From IMG/VR virus record IMGVR_UViG_3300010277_000001: a stretch of 24,678 nt of DNA; one strand, written 5' to 3'. The stretch comes from a virus. The notes beneath the pieces were generated by a model. It did no database searches, had not been told where the DNA came from, and saw nothing but the letters and a program-made list of their open reading frames with translations. The translations under genes and the position numbers were made by a program. Positions 1 to 8,216 of this stretch are shown in pieces (within the stretch, counting starts at the first letter, position 1; each line of letters opens with the position of its first letter).

Positions 1-123
1 TACTTTATTATATCCACCATTACCACTACTGTTTTTAATATCAGTAGCATAGTACTCACCATGTTTAGTAAATACTCCACCATCAATACTAATGTACCAC
101 TCTATTTTAAAACCTTCGCTTAA
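1..123. repeat. Terminal direct repeat, copy 1. It is identical to 24556-24678 and marks circular closure or terminal redundancy.
   Basis: Reading base by base, 1-123 (tactttattatatccacc...aaccttcgcttaa) is identical to 24556-24678. Confidence 0.95.
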
Positions 124-360
124 TAGTCCAAAATAAGGGGATGTTTTATTATTTTTAACGAATTTCTTATCTTTATCCATCAGTTTAATACTTATAGTTC
201 CTGACCTAACAACACCAAGGGGGTCGGTGTTGTTATCAGCAAGGTCACGTTGAATGTCAACTTGTAATACCTCATCAGTGCCTACACCCTCATAAACCAC
301 TCCAGAGTTAAAAGTAAATCTAACCTTGTTACTATATTTATTCCAATTGCTGTCTAACAT
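1..360 (-). CDS. Tail/baseplate protein (Tal- or Dit-associated), N-terminal 120 codons. The ORF runs off the window start and continues in frame at 24555->23560, giving about 451 aa in total.
   Basis: ATG at 360 is preceded by AAGGAGGTGAGGTG. My translation is MLDSNWNKYSNKVRFTFNSGVVYEGVGTDEVLQVDIQRDL..., with no stop down to position 1. The codon phase at 123 matches the phase at 24678. The gene sits two genes downstream of the tape measure. Confidence 0.75.
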   Translation of the reverse strand, partial: MLDSNWNKYSNKVRFTFNSGVVYEGVGTDEVLQVDIQRDLADNNTDPLGVVRSGTISIKLMDKDKKFVKNNKTSPYFGLLSEGFKIEWYISIDGGVFTKHGEYYATDIKNSSGNGGYNKV

Positions 361-374
361 TACACCTCACCTCC

Positions 375-755
375 TTAATATTCAATCCATGTCATACTAA
401 AATTGCTATATACTCTCAAGTTAGGGTCACTATTCCATAGCACAAGTTTAAAAGTAACAGCTTTAAAATATGCGTCAAACTCCAACTGTCCGCCTTTATA
501 ACTAGGCATACTTACTCTAAATCTATATGTTTTATCATCAACATACTTTTCCCAACTCTCACCTAGCATAGTTATAAGTGATGCACCTAATATATAATCA
601 TAAGTCCACACTGCTTTATATTTATGAGCTACAGGTCGGAGGGTGAGTGTAGCATCCTCCAACCTGTTTTCATCTGTTACTATAGGAGTTAACTCATAAT
701 CTATGCTAGTTGGAGTTTGTACTTGAGTGTTATTTACTTTACATATAACGCTCAT
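375..755 (-). CDS. Small tail protein immediately downstream of the tape measure (distal-tail-protein-like, 126 aa).
   Basis: ORF in the track. ATG at 755 is preceded by AGGAGGG. The assignment is by position after the TMP gene. I recognise no motif. Confidence 0.6.
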   Translation of the reverse strand: MSVICKVNNTQVQTPTSIDYELTPIVTDENRLEDATLTLRPVAHKYKAVWTYDYILGASLITMLGESWEKYVDDKTYRFRVSMPSYKGGQLEFDAYFKAVTFKLVLWNSDPNLRVYSNFSMTWIEY

Positions 756-770
756 ATACTAAACCCTCCT

Positions 771-3470
771 TTAAAATGATAAGCTGCCAAGATAACCATT
801 ACGAGCCATTATTCTTGCAATTATATCAGTTAACCACTCGTAGCCTCTGTCGTCTTGTATCAACGTACCTATATTAATATTAGGAGTATTACCTATACCA
901 TTAGTACCAATAGCATTAGCAACCTCACGTGCAAAGTCCTTAATAAACTGGCTATTTTGTAATGGTATAACTCCTTCAGCACCAGCCTCACCTATTAATG
1001 CTACGGTAGCCTGTGTTACTATACCACCATCAGCAAGTTTAGGTATTTTAGGTATATCAAAGCCGAACTTCTTACCACCAATAATCGGTACCCAATCAGG
1101 TATGTCAAAACTAATTTTATTAAGGCCACCAATTAAGAAATTAAGACCGTCAATTAATAAGTTTATAGGAGCTTTTAATATAGATATTAATGTATCCCAT
1201 ATACCAGCTACTATATCTTTTAAACCTTCCCATGCTTTCTCCCAATCGCCAGTAAACACACCAACTATGAAATCAATGATGCCACCAATGGTTTGTATAA
1301 TACCTTCAACTGCACCAGCAATCAATTCAACTACAGTACCTACTATATCTCCAATTGTACTAAATACAACAGAGAATGCTGAAACTAAGTTCTCAAATAA
1401 CCAAGATACAATAGGTGCTACAAACTCCTTATATATAATAGATGCATTTTCTATCAGCTTGCCAACAAACTCCGCAACTTGGTCAATCAAAGGTTTAATA
1501 GCTTCCTCGTATACTCTCTTAAACTCTTCTATCCAACCTTTAATAACCGGGTAAATATGTTCGTTCCACGCTGTTAATACTGTTTGTCCTATTTTTTCAG
1601 CGCCTTCTCTAAAGTTTGTCAATGCTGGTCTTATGTGTTTATCATAAGTTTCACCAATAGCAGTAAATACATCACTAACAACAGTTTTTACATTACCAGA
1701 TATATCAGACATCAAGTCTGATATATTACTTAGAGTTGTTTCTATATATGGATACATGTTATTAAGGTAAGTATCAACCTCAGCAGATGCGTCAGACAAG
1801 AATTGAGTTACTAGTTCAATAGGCTTTAATACTAAGTCACTTAGTATACTAATAGTGTTAGAGACAGCCTCCTGTGTACTACTATCAGTAAAGAAATCAT
1901 ATACTAAGTCACCTAACTTACCTACAATATTACCAGCATTGGAGTAGTAATTACCAATATTAGTAAAAATATTATTAATAGTGTCAGTTAACTTTCCTTG
2001 ATTATTAGTTAAATAATCAGATAAACCACCAATAAGTGTCTCACCGATTCCTATACTAACCTTTGTTGCACTCCCCGTAAAGTCACCAATACCACCAGCC
2101 CAGTTAACTAGCATCCTTTTAAATGAGTCAGATGTACCTTGTCCTATATTTAATATACTATCTTTTATACCTTTAAGTCCATCTTTTATTCTATCAAAAC
2201 TAACACCTTCAAGACGATTTATAAAATGGTCCTTAAAAGCTTTTCCAATGTCAATAATTGTATCTTTTACACCATCAAATATACCGTTTAGTTTATCAAA
2301 ACCTTTATTTGTAGAATCTACTGTTTTCTCTACAACATCAGTAGATAAACTAGATATGTCTAGTCCACCTGCTACACCAGCTTTTTCATCAGATTTGTCC
2401 TTTTTATTTAGAGATACTAATTCATCTAAACCACCAATGACACCTAATGCTTTCTTAGCTGATTTAGCACTTTCTTCTACTGCTTCACTAGTGGATACCC
2501 CTACGTCACCAATTGCTTTAGCCACAGAACCGACTGCATTAGTAGCTTTTTGAGTTTGTCCTGTTATAGATGCTATAAAGCTAGCAAAAGCAGTTGCCGC
2601 AGTGTTTAAATATCCAACAAGTTGATTTAATACTTTTATTACTGGTGTTAATATATTTATAAATGCTTGACCTAATGTAGCTTTAAAGCTGTCAAAGTTT
2701 AGTTTAAGTAATCTAATCTGGTTTGCCCAGCTATTACTATTTCTAGCAAAGTCACCTTGTGCATCTTTGCTAACACTCATAAGGTAATTGTATCTTAACA
2801 ATACCTTTTCTGCCTCCGACATTGCACTATATTGCTTAGTAATGCCTTGAGTAAGTGCAAAAGCCTGCAAGTTAGCTGCTGACATATTGATACCTAACTG
2901 CTTAAGTGGTACTGTTTCACCCATAATGCCACTACGTATCTTTTCAAATGCAGTTTTAGAGTCCAAGTTGTAGAATGATGCAAAGTCACCGGCTAAACCA
3001 GTTAATTGCATAGACATATCAGATACTTGCTCGCTAGTTAAACCCATACTTTTAAGCATAGCACCTAATGTACCGGTGTATCTTTTAGCCTCCAGTTCAG
3101 AAAGACCAAAGGCTTTTGCTGCTGACTTAGCGAAGTTGTTTATTTTATCTGCGCCATCACCAAAAGTAACATCGACAACGTTTTGTACCTCGATAAGGTC
3201 AGACGCTAAATCTATACAATCACTGGCGAACTTTCTAATAGCATTTAGTGAGAAGGCTATTCCTATTGCCGCCCCGACTTTTTTAAACATACTTATTAAA
3301 CTACTAGCACCTTTATTAACAGAGCTTTTAACATTATTAAGACCAGCTTTTACATCTTTATTTATATTAGACATCATACCTTTAACAGAGTTGTTAACTG
3401 TTTTAACGGTATTATTGATGCTAACCATATTCGCCTTAAGTGTTATCATTAACTCCTTTATGCCATCCAT
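771..3470 (-). CDS. Tail tape measure protein (about 899 aa; the track ORF extends to a TTG at 3485).
   Basis: It is the largest ORF and follows the G/G-T chaperone pair. It is Ala/Gly/Ser/Ile-rich with long helical repeats. The C-terminal KLADGGIVTQATVALIGEAGAEGVIPL resembles the conserved TMP C-terminus. ATG at 3470 has GGAGGTG upstream. Confidence 0.9.
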   Translation of the reverse strand: MDGIKELMITLKANMVSINNTVKTVNNSVKGMMSNINKDVKAGLNNVKSSVNKGASSLISMFKKVGAAIGIAFSLNAIRKFASDCIDLASDLIEVQNVVDVTFGDGADKINNFAKSAAKAFGLSELEAKRYTGTLGAMLKSMGLTSEQVSDMSMQLTGLAGDFASFYNLDSKTAFEKIRSGIMGETVPLKQLGINMSAANLQAFALTQGITKQYSAMSEAEKVLLRYNYLMSVSKDAQGDFARNSNSWANQIRLLKLNFDSFKATLGQAFINILTPVIKVLNQLVGYLNTAATAFASFIASITGQTQKATNAVGSVAKAIGDVGVSTSEAVEESAKSAKKALGVIGGLDELVSLNKKDKSDEKAGVAGGLDISSLSTDVVEKTVDSTNKGFDKLNGIFDGVKDTIIDIGKAFKDHFINRLEGVSFDRIKDGLKGIKDSILNIGQGTSDSFKRMLVNWAGGIGDFTGSATKVSIGIGETLIGGLSDYLTNNQGKLTDTINNIFTNIGNYYSNAGNIVGKLGDLVYDFFTDSSTQEAVSNTISILSDLVLKPIELVTQFLSDASAEVDTYLNNMYPYIETTLSNISDLMSDISGNVKTVVSDVFTAIGETYDKHIRPALTNFREGAEKIGQTVLTAWNEHIYPVIKGWIEEFKRVYEEAIKPLIDQVAEFVGKLIENASIIYKEFVAPIVSWLFENLVSAFSVVFSTIGDIVGTVVELIAGAVEGIIQTIGGIIDFIVGVFTGDWEKAWEGLKDIVAGIWDTLISILKAPINLLIDGLNFLIGGLNKISFDIPDWVPIIGGKKFGFDIPKIPKLADGGIVTQATVALIGEAGAEGVIPLQNSQFIKDFAREVANAIGTNGIGNTPNINIGTLIQDDRGYEWLTDIIARIMARNGYLGSLSF

Positions 3471-3490
3471 TAACCTCACCTCCAATATCT

Positions 3491-3528
3491 ATAATAAAAT
3501 AGGCAGGTAACCCTAAAAGTCACCTGCC
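3491..3528 (-). terminator. Hairpin plus U-rich tail between the chaperone and tape measure genes (attenuator or RNA-stability element).
   Basis: Sense strand reads GGCAGGT-13 nt-ACCTGCC (3502-3508 / 3522-3528), followed by TATTTTATTAT. Confidence 0.35.
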
Positions 3529-3549
3529 ATACTAAGTCATATAAACAGT

Positions 3550-4247
3550 TTACTTGCGAGATAGAGCATCTAAGAAATATGCTAACTGTTTACTCTTCTC
3601 AAGTTTATCCTGTTTAGTTTCAATCTTAGGAGGCTTTCTAGGGAACTTTTTAGGGTTATTAAATGCAATACCTTGCAAACTTGCAGTATACCAAGCCATA
3701 GATAACTGAAAGTTAGCATTAGCTATAAAGTCCTTTTCTTTTGCCTCTGCAACCCTTATGATTTCAATGGGTTTCATTTCCCAAAATGCCTCATAGCTAA
3801 TACCAAGTAAACTAGCCTCTGGATACATAGAAGCATATAGTCCAGACCAAGTCTGCCCTTCCTCTACCTCAATTACATCCCTTACGCCTCTAATTGAGTA
3901 GTCGCTATCTCCGACTCTGCCTCTTTCACCATCTTCTCGATAGTTTTCTCGAATCTCTTGCGTAGAGTTTTTGCCAGAGCCTTGTCTCTTGGTAAAAAAC
4001 CCCCACTCTGCAAAGCCTCCACAATCTGCATAAGTGCCTCGAATACATCGCCACCATTTTCTATAAAAGTACAAAGTATATTATCTGCTGTTTCCTCGTC
4101 ACAATTTCCATTGCCAGCTTGTATTAACCTAGTTATATTAGTTACGCTACCATCCAAGTTATCAAAGATAGAACCATATTTATTCTCAAAGTCTCTAATG
4201 TTTTTAGGTTTGTAGTCTAATGGTAATTTAGGTACTTTACCTGCCAT
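3550..4247 (-). CDS. Tail assembly chaperone G-T fusion made by a programmed -1 frameshift at 3993-3999 (about 232 aa).
   Basis: ORF 3550-4074 is in the -1 frame relative to 3882-4268. The heptamer T TTT TTA lies in the zero frame of G (GGT TTT TTA), and the -1 frame stays open from there to 3553. Confidence 0.7.
3882..4247 (-). CDS. Tail assembly chaperone, gpG-like (121 aa from ATG 4247; the track start is 4268).
   Basis: It lies between the major tail protein and the tape measure and overlaps a -1 frame ORF. AGAGG lies 9 nt upstream of ATG 4247. Confidence 0.8.
   Translation of the reverse strand: MAGKVPKLPLDYKPKNIRDFENKYGSIFDNLDGSVTNITRLIQAGNGNCDEETADNILCTFIENGGDVFEALMQIVEALQSGGFLPRDKALAKTLRKRFEKTIEKMVKEAESEIATTQLEA
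3993..3999 (-). promoter_or_regulatory. Slippery heptamer UUUUUUA for the G/G-T -1 ribosomal frameshift.
   Basis: The sense strand reads GGGGG TTTTTTA CC. The zero-frame codons GGT-TTT-TTA match the X XXY YYZ pattern. Confidence 0.65.
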
Positions 4248-4274
4248 ATTAATCAACCTCTCTTGCATTATTTT

Positions 4275-4310
4275 TTAAAATTGAGGAGGTCACATAAACA
4301 GCAACCTCCT
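4275..4310 (-). terminator. Hairpin after the major tail gene (weak terminator or attenuator).
   Basis: Sense strand reads AGGAGGT-13 nt-ACCTCCT (4284-4290 / 4304-4310), followed by CAATTTTAAAAAA. Confidence 0.3.
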
Positions 4311-4325
4311 ATATTTAATGCTTAA

Positions 4326-4769
4326 TTACGCTCCTCCACCAGTTTTAGGTTTTGTAAATGGGGTGGGCTTACTTACTATCCTAATGGTAGCAGTAGTTTT
4401 TAACAATCCATCAGGCTCGATACCAGTTACTTTACAAGATAACACAAAACCATCGAATTGCTTATCCATGTTGCCACCAGGATCTTCGAATGGGAATGTG
4501 ATAGCGTATTTATTAATAGTACCACTATCGAAGTCCTGTTCGAGAGCTAAATGAGCCTCTGGTGTGCAAACCATCTCAAGATTAAGGTCTGCGTACTTAG
4601 GTTTTCCAGGAAGAGCCTTCGTTATGTCATAATCTAGTGCATCATACTCAATAGCGTCTCTCTCTGCACCGAACTCCCCGATATTTGTTACATCAGTGTA
4701 AGTATGTGTAATAGAAGAACCAGTAGAGTCCAGTTTGTGTAATTCAGTGCCATTAGCTAATGTAGCCAT
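4326..4769 (-). CDS. Major tail protein (147 aa).
   Basis: It lies immediately upstream of the G/G-T chaperones, has a strong RBS (GGAGGTTGTTAATATG), and its size is typical of a siphovirus tail tube protein. Confidence 0.75.
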   Translation of the reverse strand: MATLANGTELHKLDSTGSSITHTYTDVTNIGEFGAERDAIEYDALDYDITKALPGKPKYADLNLEMVCTPEAHLALEQDFDSGTINKYAITFPFEDPGGNMDKQFDGFVLSCKVTGIEPDGLLKTTATIRIVSKPTPFTKPKTGGGA

Positions 4770-4783
4770 ATTAACAACCTCCT

Positions 4784-5182
4784 TTATATTTCTTGATATG
4801 TTATTAAGAAAGCCATCTGATAAACAGGTATTCCATTAGTTGTAGTACCTATCCTTTCTCCGGCTTTCCTTAAAGTACTACTTAATACTTTAAAACCAAT
4901 AAACTTTTTATTACTAAAGACTAACCTGTCAGCAATTTCTGCCATTATTTCCTCACAAGCTTTTTGACTACCTGTTGTAGTATCTCCATGAAGCCTGATA
5001 TTCAAATCTTTAGTGACTTTAACAATTTTATTACTCAGAGTTAACACTGGGTTACCAGCGTCTCTTAGGTATATACCTATTTTATTTCTTGCTTTACCAT
5101 CAATATCATCAAAAGTTATAGGATATCCAAAGTCCTCAATTAAGTCAGCAAAAGTATTTTTTACTACGTCATTACTAACCAT
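4784..5182 (-). CDS. Tail completion/terminator-like protein (132 aa).
   Basis: It sits between the HK97-gp10-like gene and the major tail gene. Its start overlaps the upstream stop (TAATG). Confidence 0.55.
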   Translation of the reverse strand: MVSNDVVKNTFADLIEDFGYPITFDDIDGKARNKIGIYLRDAGNPVLTLSNKIVKVTKDLNIRLHGDTTTGSQKACEEIMAEIADRLVFSNKKFIGFKVLSSTLRKAGERIGTTTNGIPVYQMAFLITYQEI

Positions 5183-5553
5183 TAAACATCGCCACCTCCT
5201 ATAACCTCTGACATTACCTCATAAAATGCCTCTTCTAAGAACTTCGCCTGTCCACCATTAGGGTGTTTATTATCTACTAACTCATGCACATATATTGCAT
5301 AATCTGCGTCATATCTTACCTCAAAACCATCCTCAACTTGCACTACTTTACCAGTACTTTTAAGGAAACCTGTGTCCACAGGTACTTTAGCTTGTGCACG
5401 GTCTAGTATTTCAAGAGCAATCTTTAAAGACCTCATTGTAATACCGTGTACAATTAGCTTAACATCTTTACCATCTAAGAATGGTTTATCAATGGCATCG
5501 TTACCTGTCCCGTCCAACCATCTAAAATCCATGTCAATAAAATCATTAGCCAT
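5182..5553 (-). CDS. HK97 gp10-like head-tail joining/tail component (123 aa).
   Basis: KVPVDTGFLKSTGKV ... YAIYVHE resembles the HK97-gp10 family signature (vPvdTGxLrxS ... YaxyvE). Confidence 0.7.
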   Translation of the reverse strand: MANDFIDMDFRWLDGTGNDAIDKPFLDGKDVKLIVHGITMRSLKIALEILDRAQAKVPVDTGFLKSTGKVVQVEDGFEVRYDADYAIYVHELVDNKHPNGGQAKFLEEAFYEVMSEVIGGGDV

Positions 5554-5842
5554 TGACTACATACACCTCTCTATAAACGAAGTTGCCAAAGATGTCGTAG
5601 TGCTCGTTTACTTTTGTGACTATATAACCGTCTAATCTGTCCTTTACCTTTACATCAGCTGTTGTCTGATATATATACTCTGCATACACAGACTCATTGT
5701 CATTGTCTCTCTTATAACCTTTAGGTCCATATCTACACACCTTAATTGTAATAGCACTTTCATACTCTGCCTCATTATATCGGTTATCAGACTTTATATA
5801 TCTTTCTAACTGTGCCTCTCTGTTGTAAAATCTAGCAAACAT
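5546..5842 (-). CDS. Head closure/head-tail adaptor-like protein (98 aa from ATG 5842; the track GTG is at 5851).
   Basis: Assigned by position in the connector cluster. GGAGG lies 8 nt upstream of ATG 5842. There is an 8-nt overlap with the next gene. Confidence 0.55.
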   Translation of the reverse strand: MFARFYNREAQLERYIKSDNRYNEAEYESAITIKVCRYGPKGYKRDNDNESVYAEYIYQTTADVKVKDRLDGYIVTKVNEHYDIFGNFVYREVYVVNG

Positions 5843-5934
5843 CTTTGGCACCTCCTTCCTCTATTTGGTGGGGCGGCTATTATATATTATAATATACGCT
5901 TAAAATCAGGCACATACATTATTTTATATAATGT

Positions 5935-6141
5935 TTACTTAGTTTCATCCTCGTATTTTAACTCTGGTAGTCCTGCAATTGATGTGAGTAAAGATAGTAT
6001 ACCAGCTAGAACTGATGCACTAGCTACAATAGTCCAATTGACCTCACTCAATACAGCAGATGTACCAATAGTTGCTACTGCTGTTTGTGCCATAGTTTTT
6101 AATGCTCTAATGCCTGCCGCCTTAATCCATCTTTTAAACAT
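5935..6141 (-). CDS. Holin-like protein with two TM segments (68 aa).
   Basis: MFKRWIKAAGIRALKTMAQTAVATIG...WTIVASASVLAGILSLLTSIAGLPE has two hydrophobic helices and a charged C-tail. The RAxKTxAQTA and SIAGLPE pattern resembles Gram-positive phage holins of the r1t/LL-H type. Confidence 0.65.
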   Translation of the reverse strand: MFKRWIKAAGIRALKTMAQTAVATIGTSAVLSEVNWTIVASASVLAGILSLLTSIAGLPELKYEDETK

Positions 6142-6154
6142 ATCACAGACCTCC

Positions 6155-6541
6155 TTATTTAATAAGCATTCCTATTAAGGCACCAATACCAGTACTTACT
6201 ATGGTCGAAATTATAAATGTTATTGTACTTAGTGCCACCTTACCAGGCTTTTTTTCTATTTCATCTATTCTTTTGTTTTGTTTATCAATCTTTATCTCTT
6301 GTTTCTCAATTAATTCCACAACTTCACCGACCTTAGAAGCTAAGTTTTTAACCTCATAACTCATGCCGACTATAGCCTCTGTGTGCTTTGATACATTATC
6401 AAGCTTTTCAAATATAACTTTTTGTGTATTCTCTAAAGTTAATAATCTGTCAGATTTATCTTTTAATGAGTTATCTATATTATCAACCTGTTTTTCTAAA
6501 GCTGAAAGTCTTAACTCAATAGTACTATTCACATCTACCAT
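6155..6541 (-). CDS. XhlA-like coiled-coil membrane protein (128 aa from ATG 6541).
   Basis: The N-terminal heptad-like region is LRLSALEKQVDNIDNSLKDKSDRLLTLENTQKVIFEKLDNV. There is a single C-terminal TM segment (ALSTITFIISTIVSTGIGALIGMLI). This is the architecture of PBSX XhlA, and the gene is adjacent to a holin. Confidence 0.6.
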   Translation of the reverse strand: MVDVNSTIELRLSALEKQVDNIDNSLKDKSDRLLTLENTQKVIFEKLDNVSKHTEAIVGMSYEVKNLASKVGEVVELIEKQEIKIDKQNKRIDEIEKKPGKVALSTITFIISTIVSTGIGALIGMLIK

Positions 6542-6571
6542 ATTAACACCTCCACATAACATCATTATAAT

Positions 6572-6599
6572 ATTTTATAAGTAATGCTTTAGGTGTTAA
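6572..6599 (-). promoter_or_regulatory. Candidate sigma-A type promoter upstream of the XhlA-like/holin pair.
   Basis: The sense strand reads TTAACA-16 nt-TAAAAT (-35 at 6594-6599, -10 at 6572-6577), inside a 157-bp intergenic gap. Confidence 0.35.
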
Positions 6600-6722
6600 T
6601 ATTAGTGTTAAGGCTTGTGACCACCACAATATTTATTTTTTAACTAATGTAGTCCAATTCCTAACTACAATATTAACACATATACAACACCATACCTAAT
6701 TTCTCTATACTGTTGATTAATA

Positions 6723-7178
6723 TTATCCACCAGATTTTTTAATGTAAGGTTCCACATAAACCATGGCCTTTTCATGTATTCTTATACCATTAAACCTGTC
6801 AGTATTAAGTTTTACGTTATTAGGTCCTACAGTCATGCTTTCAACACCGTTAATTGCTAAGTTGTAATATTCACCAGATGTAACTAATCTTGACATTAGT
6901 CCTTGTATAAGTGCTGCAATCTTAATACTTTCAGGTATTGTTTCCACACCATTGATTAATCTTGGAAACTTTAAGTCATATTTATTTTTAATACTACGAC
7001 CCTTAAAGTTTAAAGTGTTTATTTCAATTGTACCTCTTTTACATACAATCTCTTTATCACTGTCACTTAATTCACTCCACAGTTTAGCCTCTGGAGAGCC
7101 AGAGTCCAGCTCTACTTGAGCTAGACTCTTAGCCTCATCCAAAGTCATATAGGAGTTTTTACCTATGACAAGTGCCAT
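6723..7178 (-). CDS. Head-tail connector/adaptor protein (151 aa from ATG 7178).
   Basis: It lies directly after the major capsid gene. GGAGGGG lies 6 nt upstream of the ATG. Confidence 0.55.
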   Translation of the reverse strand: MALVIGKNSYMTLDEAKSLAQVELDSGSPEAKLWSELSDSDKEIVCKRGTIEINTLNFKGRSIKNKYDLKFPRLINGVETIPESIKIAALIQGLMSRLVTSGEYYNLAINGVESMTVGPNNVKLNTDRFNGIRIHEKAMVYVEPYIKKSGG

Positions 7179-7196
7179 AAGTAACCCCTCCAATCA

Positions 7197-8183
7197 TTAG
7201 CCTTCAGCCTTTTCAGGAGCTGACTTAATTTTTACCATGACTTTTCTTACTGCTCTCCTATTTTTAACTACAAGGCATGTCGGGAAATCAACATAACCAG
7301 TAGCAATTGGTGAGCCATTTTCAATAGGTTTTATAACCTTTACAAAGTTTTGCTCGTTAATAGGAGAAGCACAGAAGATACCATTATTAACGTCAACTCT
7401 TACGATATACATATTTTCATATACTGCACCTTCCTCAAGACCTTTATAATTAGCAGCTTCTATTGCAGAAGCAGTAAATCTAAATCCAATCTTGTTATCG
7501 AATGGTACTATAGGAATGTCAGCGAATGTCTCGTAATCTAACCTTCCAATCGTAGGTTTTTGTACATACTTTTGTAGTATACCTTGTATAGAACTAAGCT
7601 TAGAACCCAATGCCCTTGATACGAAAATCCTGTTAGGGTCAACATTAAGTTCACCACACACCTCATTAAAGCCTGCATAGAAGTTTTCAGCTACTGACTG
7701 GTTGATTCCACCGCTAATATCCAAGATTATTTCAGATATCAGACCGTTATCTTCGCAGTACTTATCAATACCAATAAACTCGTTATTAGTACCAGTACCT
7801 TTAATCAACTGTCTAGCAAACTCCTTTTGAGCTGCAGCCATCTTTGCACGTGCCTCATTTTCAGTATTAACCATCTTTACAATGTCCTCAAGGGTAGTAT
7901 CTACAGAGTACTTACCACCAAGAACAGTAAGATAAAAAGTTTCAGGTACAGGGTTAGCATTAACTACCTGATAATCCTGACCAAAAGCACGAGATGTTGC
8001 TGCACCCTCAACCTCCTCGTTACGTACAACAGTGTAGCTTAAACCACCTGTTGCATTAGCAGTTGCACCACTGCTAAACTCCATAGAGTTTAACACCTTA
8101 TCGGCTAAGAAGTAATCATTGATAAACAGTCCTTCAAGTTTCTTTTCTCTTAAAGCCTCTAAATATTTAACTGCGTATGCCAT
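7197..8183 (-). CDS. Major capsid protein (328 aa).
   Basis: It follows the scaffold gene, its size is typical, and it has a strong RBS. The assignment is by synteny. Confidence 0.8.
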   Translation of the reverse strand: MAYAVKYLEALREKKLEGLFINDYFLADKVLNSMEFSSGATANATGGLSYTVVRNEEVEGAATSRAFGQDYQVVNANPVPETFYLTVLGGKYSVDTTLEDIVKMVNTENEARAKMAAAQKEFARQLIKGTGTNNEFIGIDKYCEDNGLISEIILDISGGINQSVAENFYAGFNEVCGELNVDPNRIFVSRALGSKLSSIQGILQKYVQKPTIGRLDYETFADIPIVPFDNKIGFRFTASAIEAANYKGLEEGAVYENMYIVRVDVNNGIFCASPINEQNFVKVIKPIENGSPIATGYVDFPTCLVVKNRRAVRKVMVKIKSAPEKAEG

Positions 8184-8216
8184 ACTTAAACACCTTCCTT
8201 TTCTTGTTTTAATATT

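Noticed and set aside
1102-3510. Plus-strand ORFs 1102-1554, 2248-2553 and 3076-3510. Likewise 3958-4215, 4318-4554, 5013-5204, 5372-5635, 5984-6178, 6363-6584, 7350-7541, 7827-8042, 8831-9058, 10503-10700, 12350-12580, 13753-13968, 15061-15273, 17162-17392, 17490-17786, 18567-18791, 20389-20574, 21011-21244, 22142-22426, 22396-22578 and 23918-24184.
   Set aside because: All lie antisense to long minus-strand genes that have RBSs and recognisable products. Their translations are low-complexity and rich in Ser/Leu/Ile/Phe/Thr, as expected from the T/C-rich antisense strand. None has a convincing Shine-Dalgarno site.
3550-4074. The 174-aa ORF treated as an independent gene starting at 4074.
   Set aside because: Its N-terminal third (MYFYRKWWRCIRG...) is an out-of-frame read of the gpG-like gene and has no RBS. 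It makes sense only as the -1 frameshift extension entered at 3993-3999.
6723-6731. DnaA-box-like TTATCCACC (8 of 9 matches to TTATCCACA).
   Set aside because: It is a single copy that overlaps the stop codon of a structural gene. There is no cluster of boxes and no adjacent AT-rich unwinding element.
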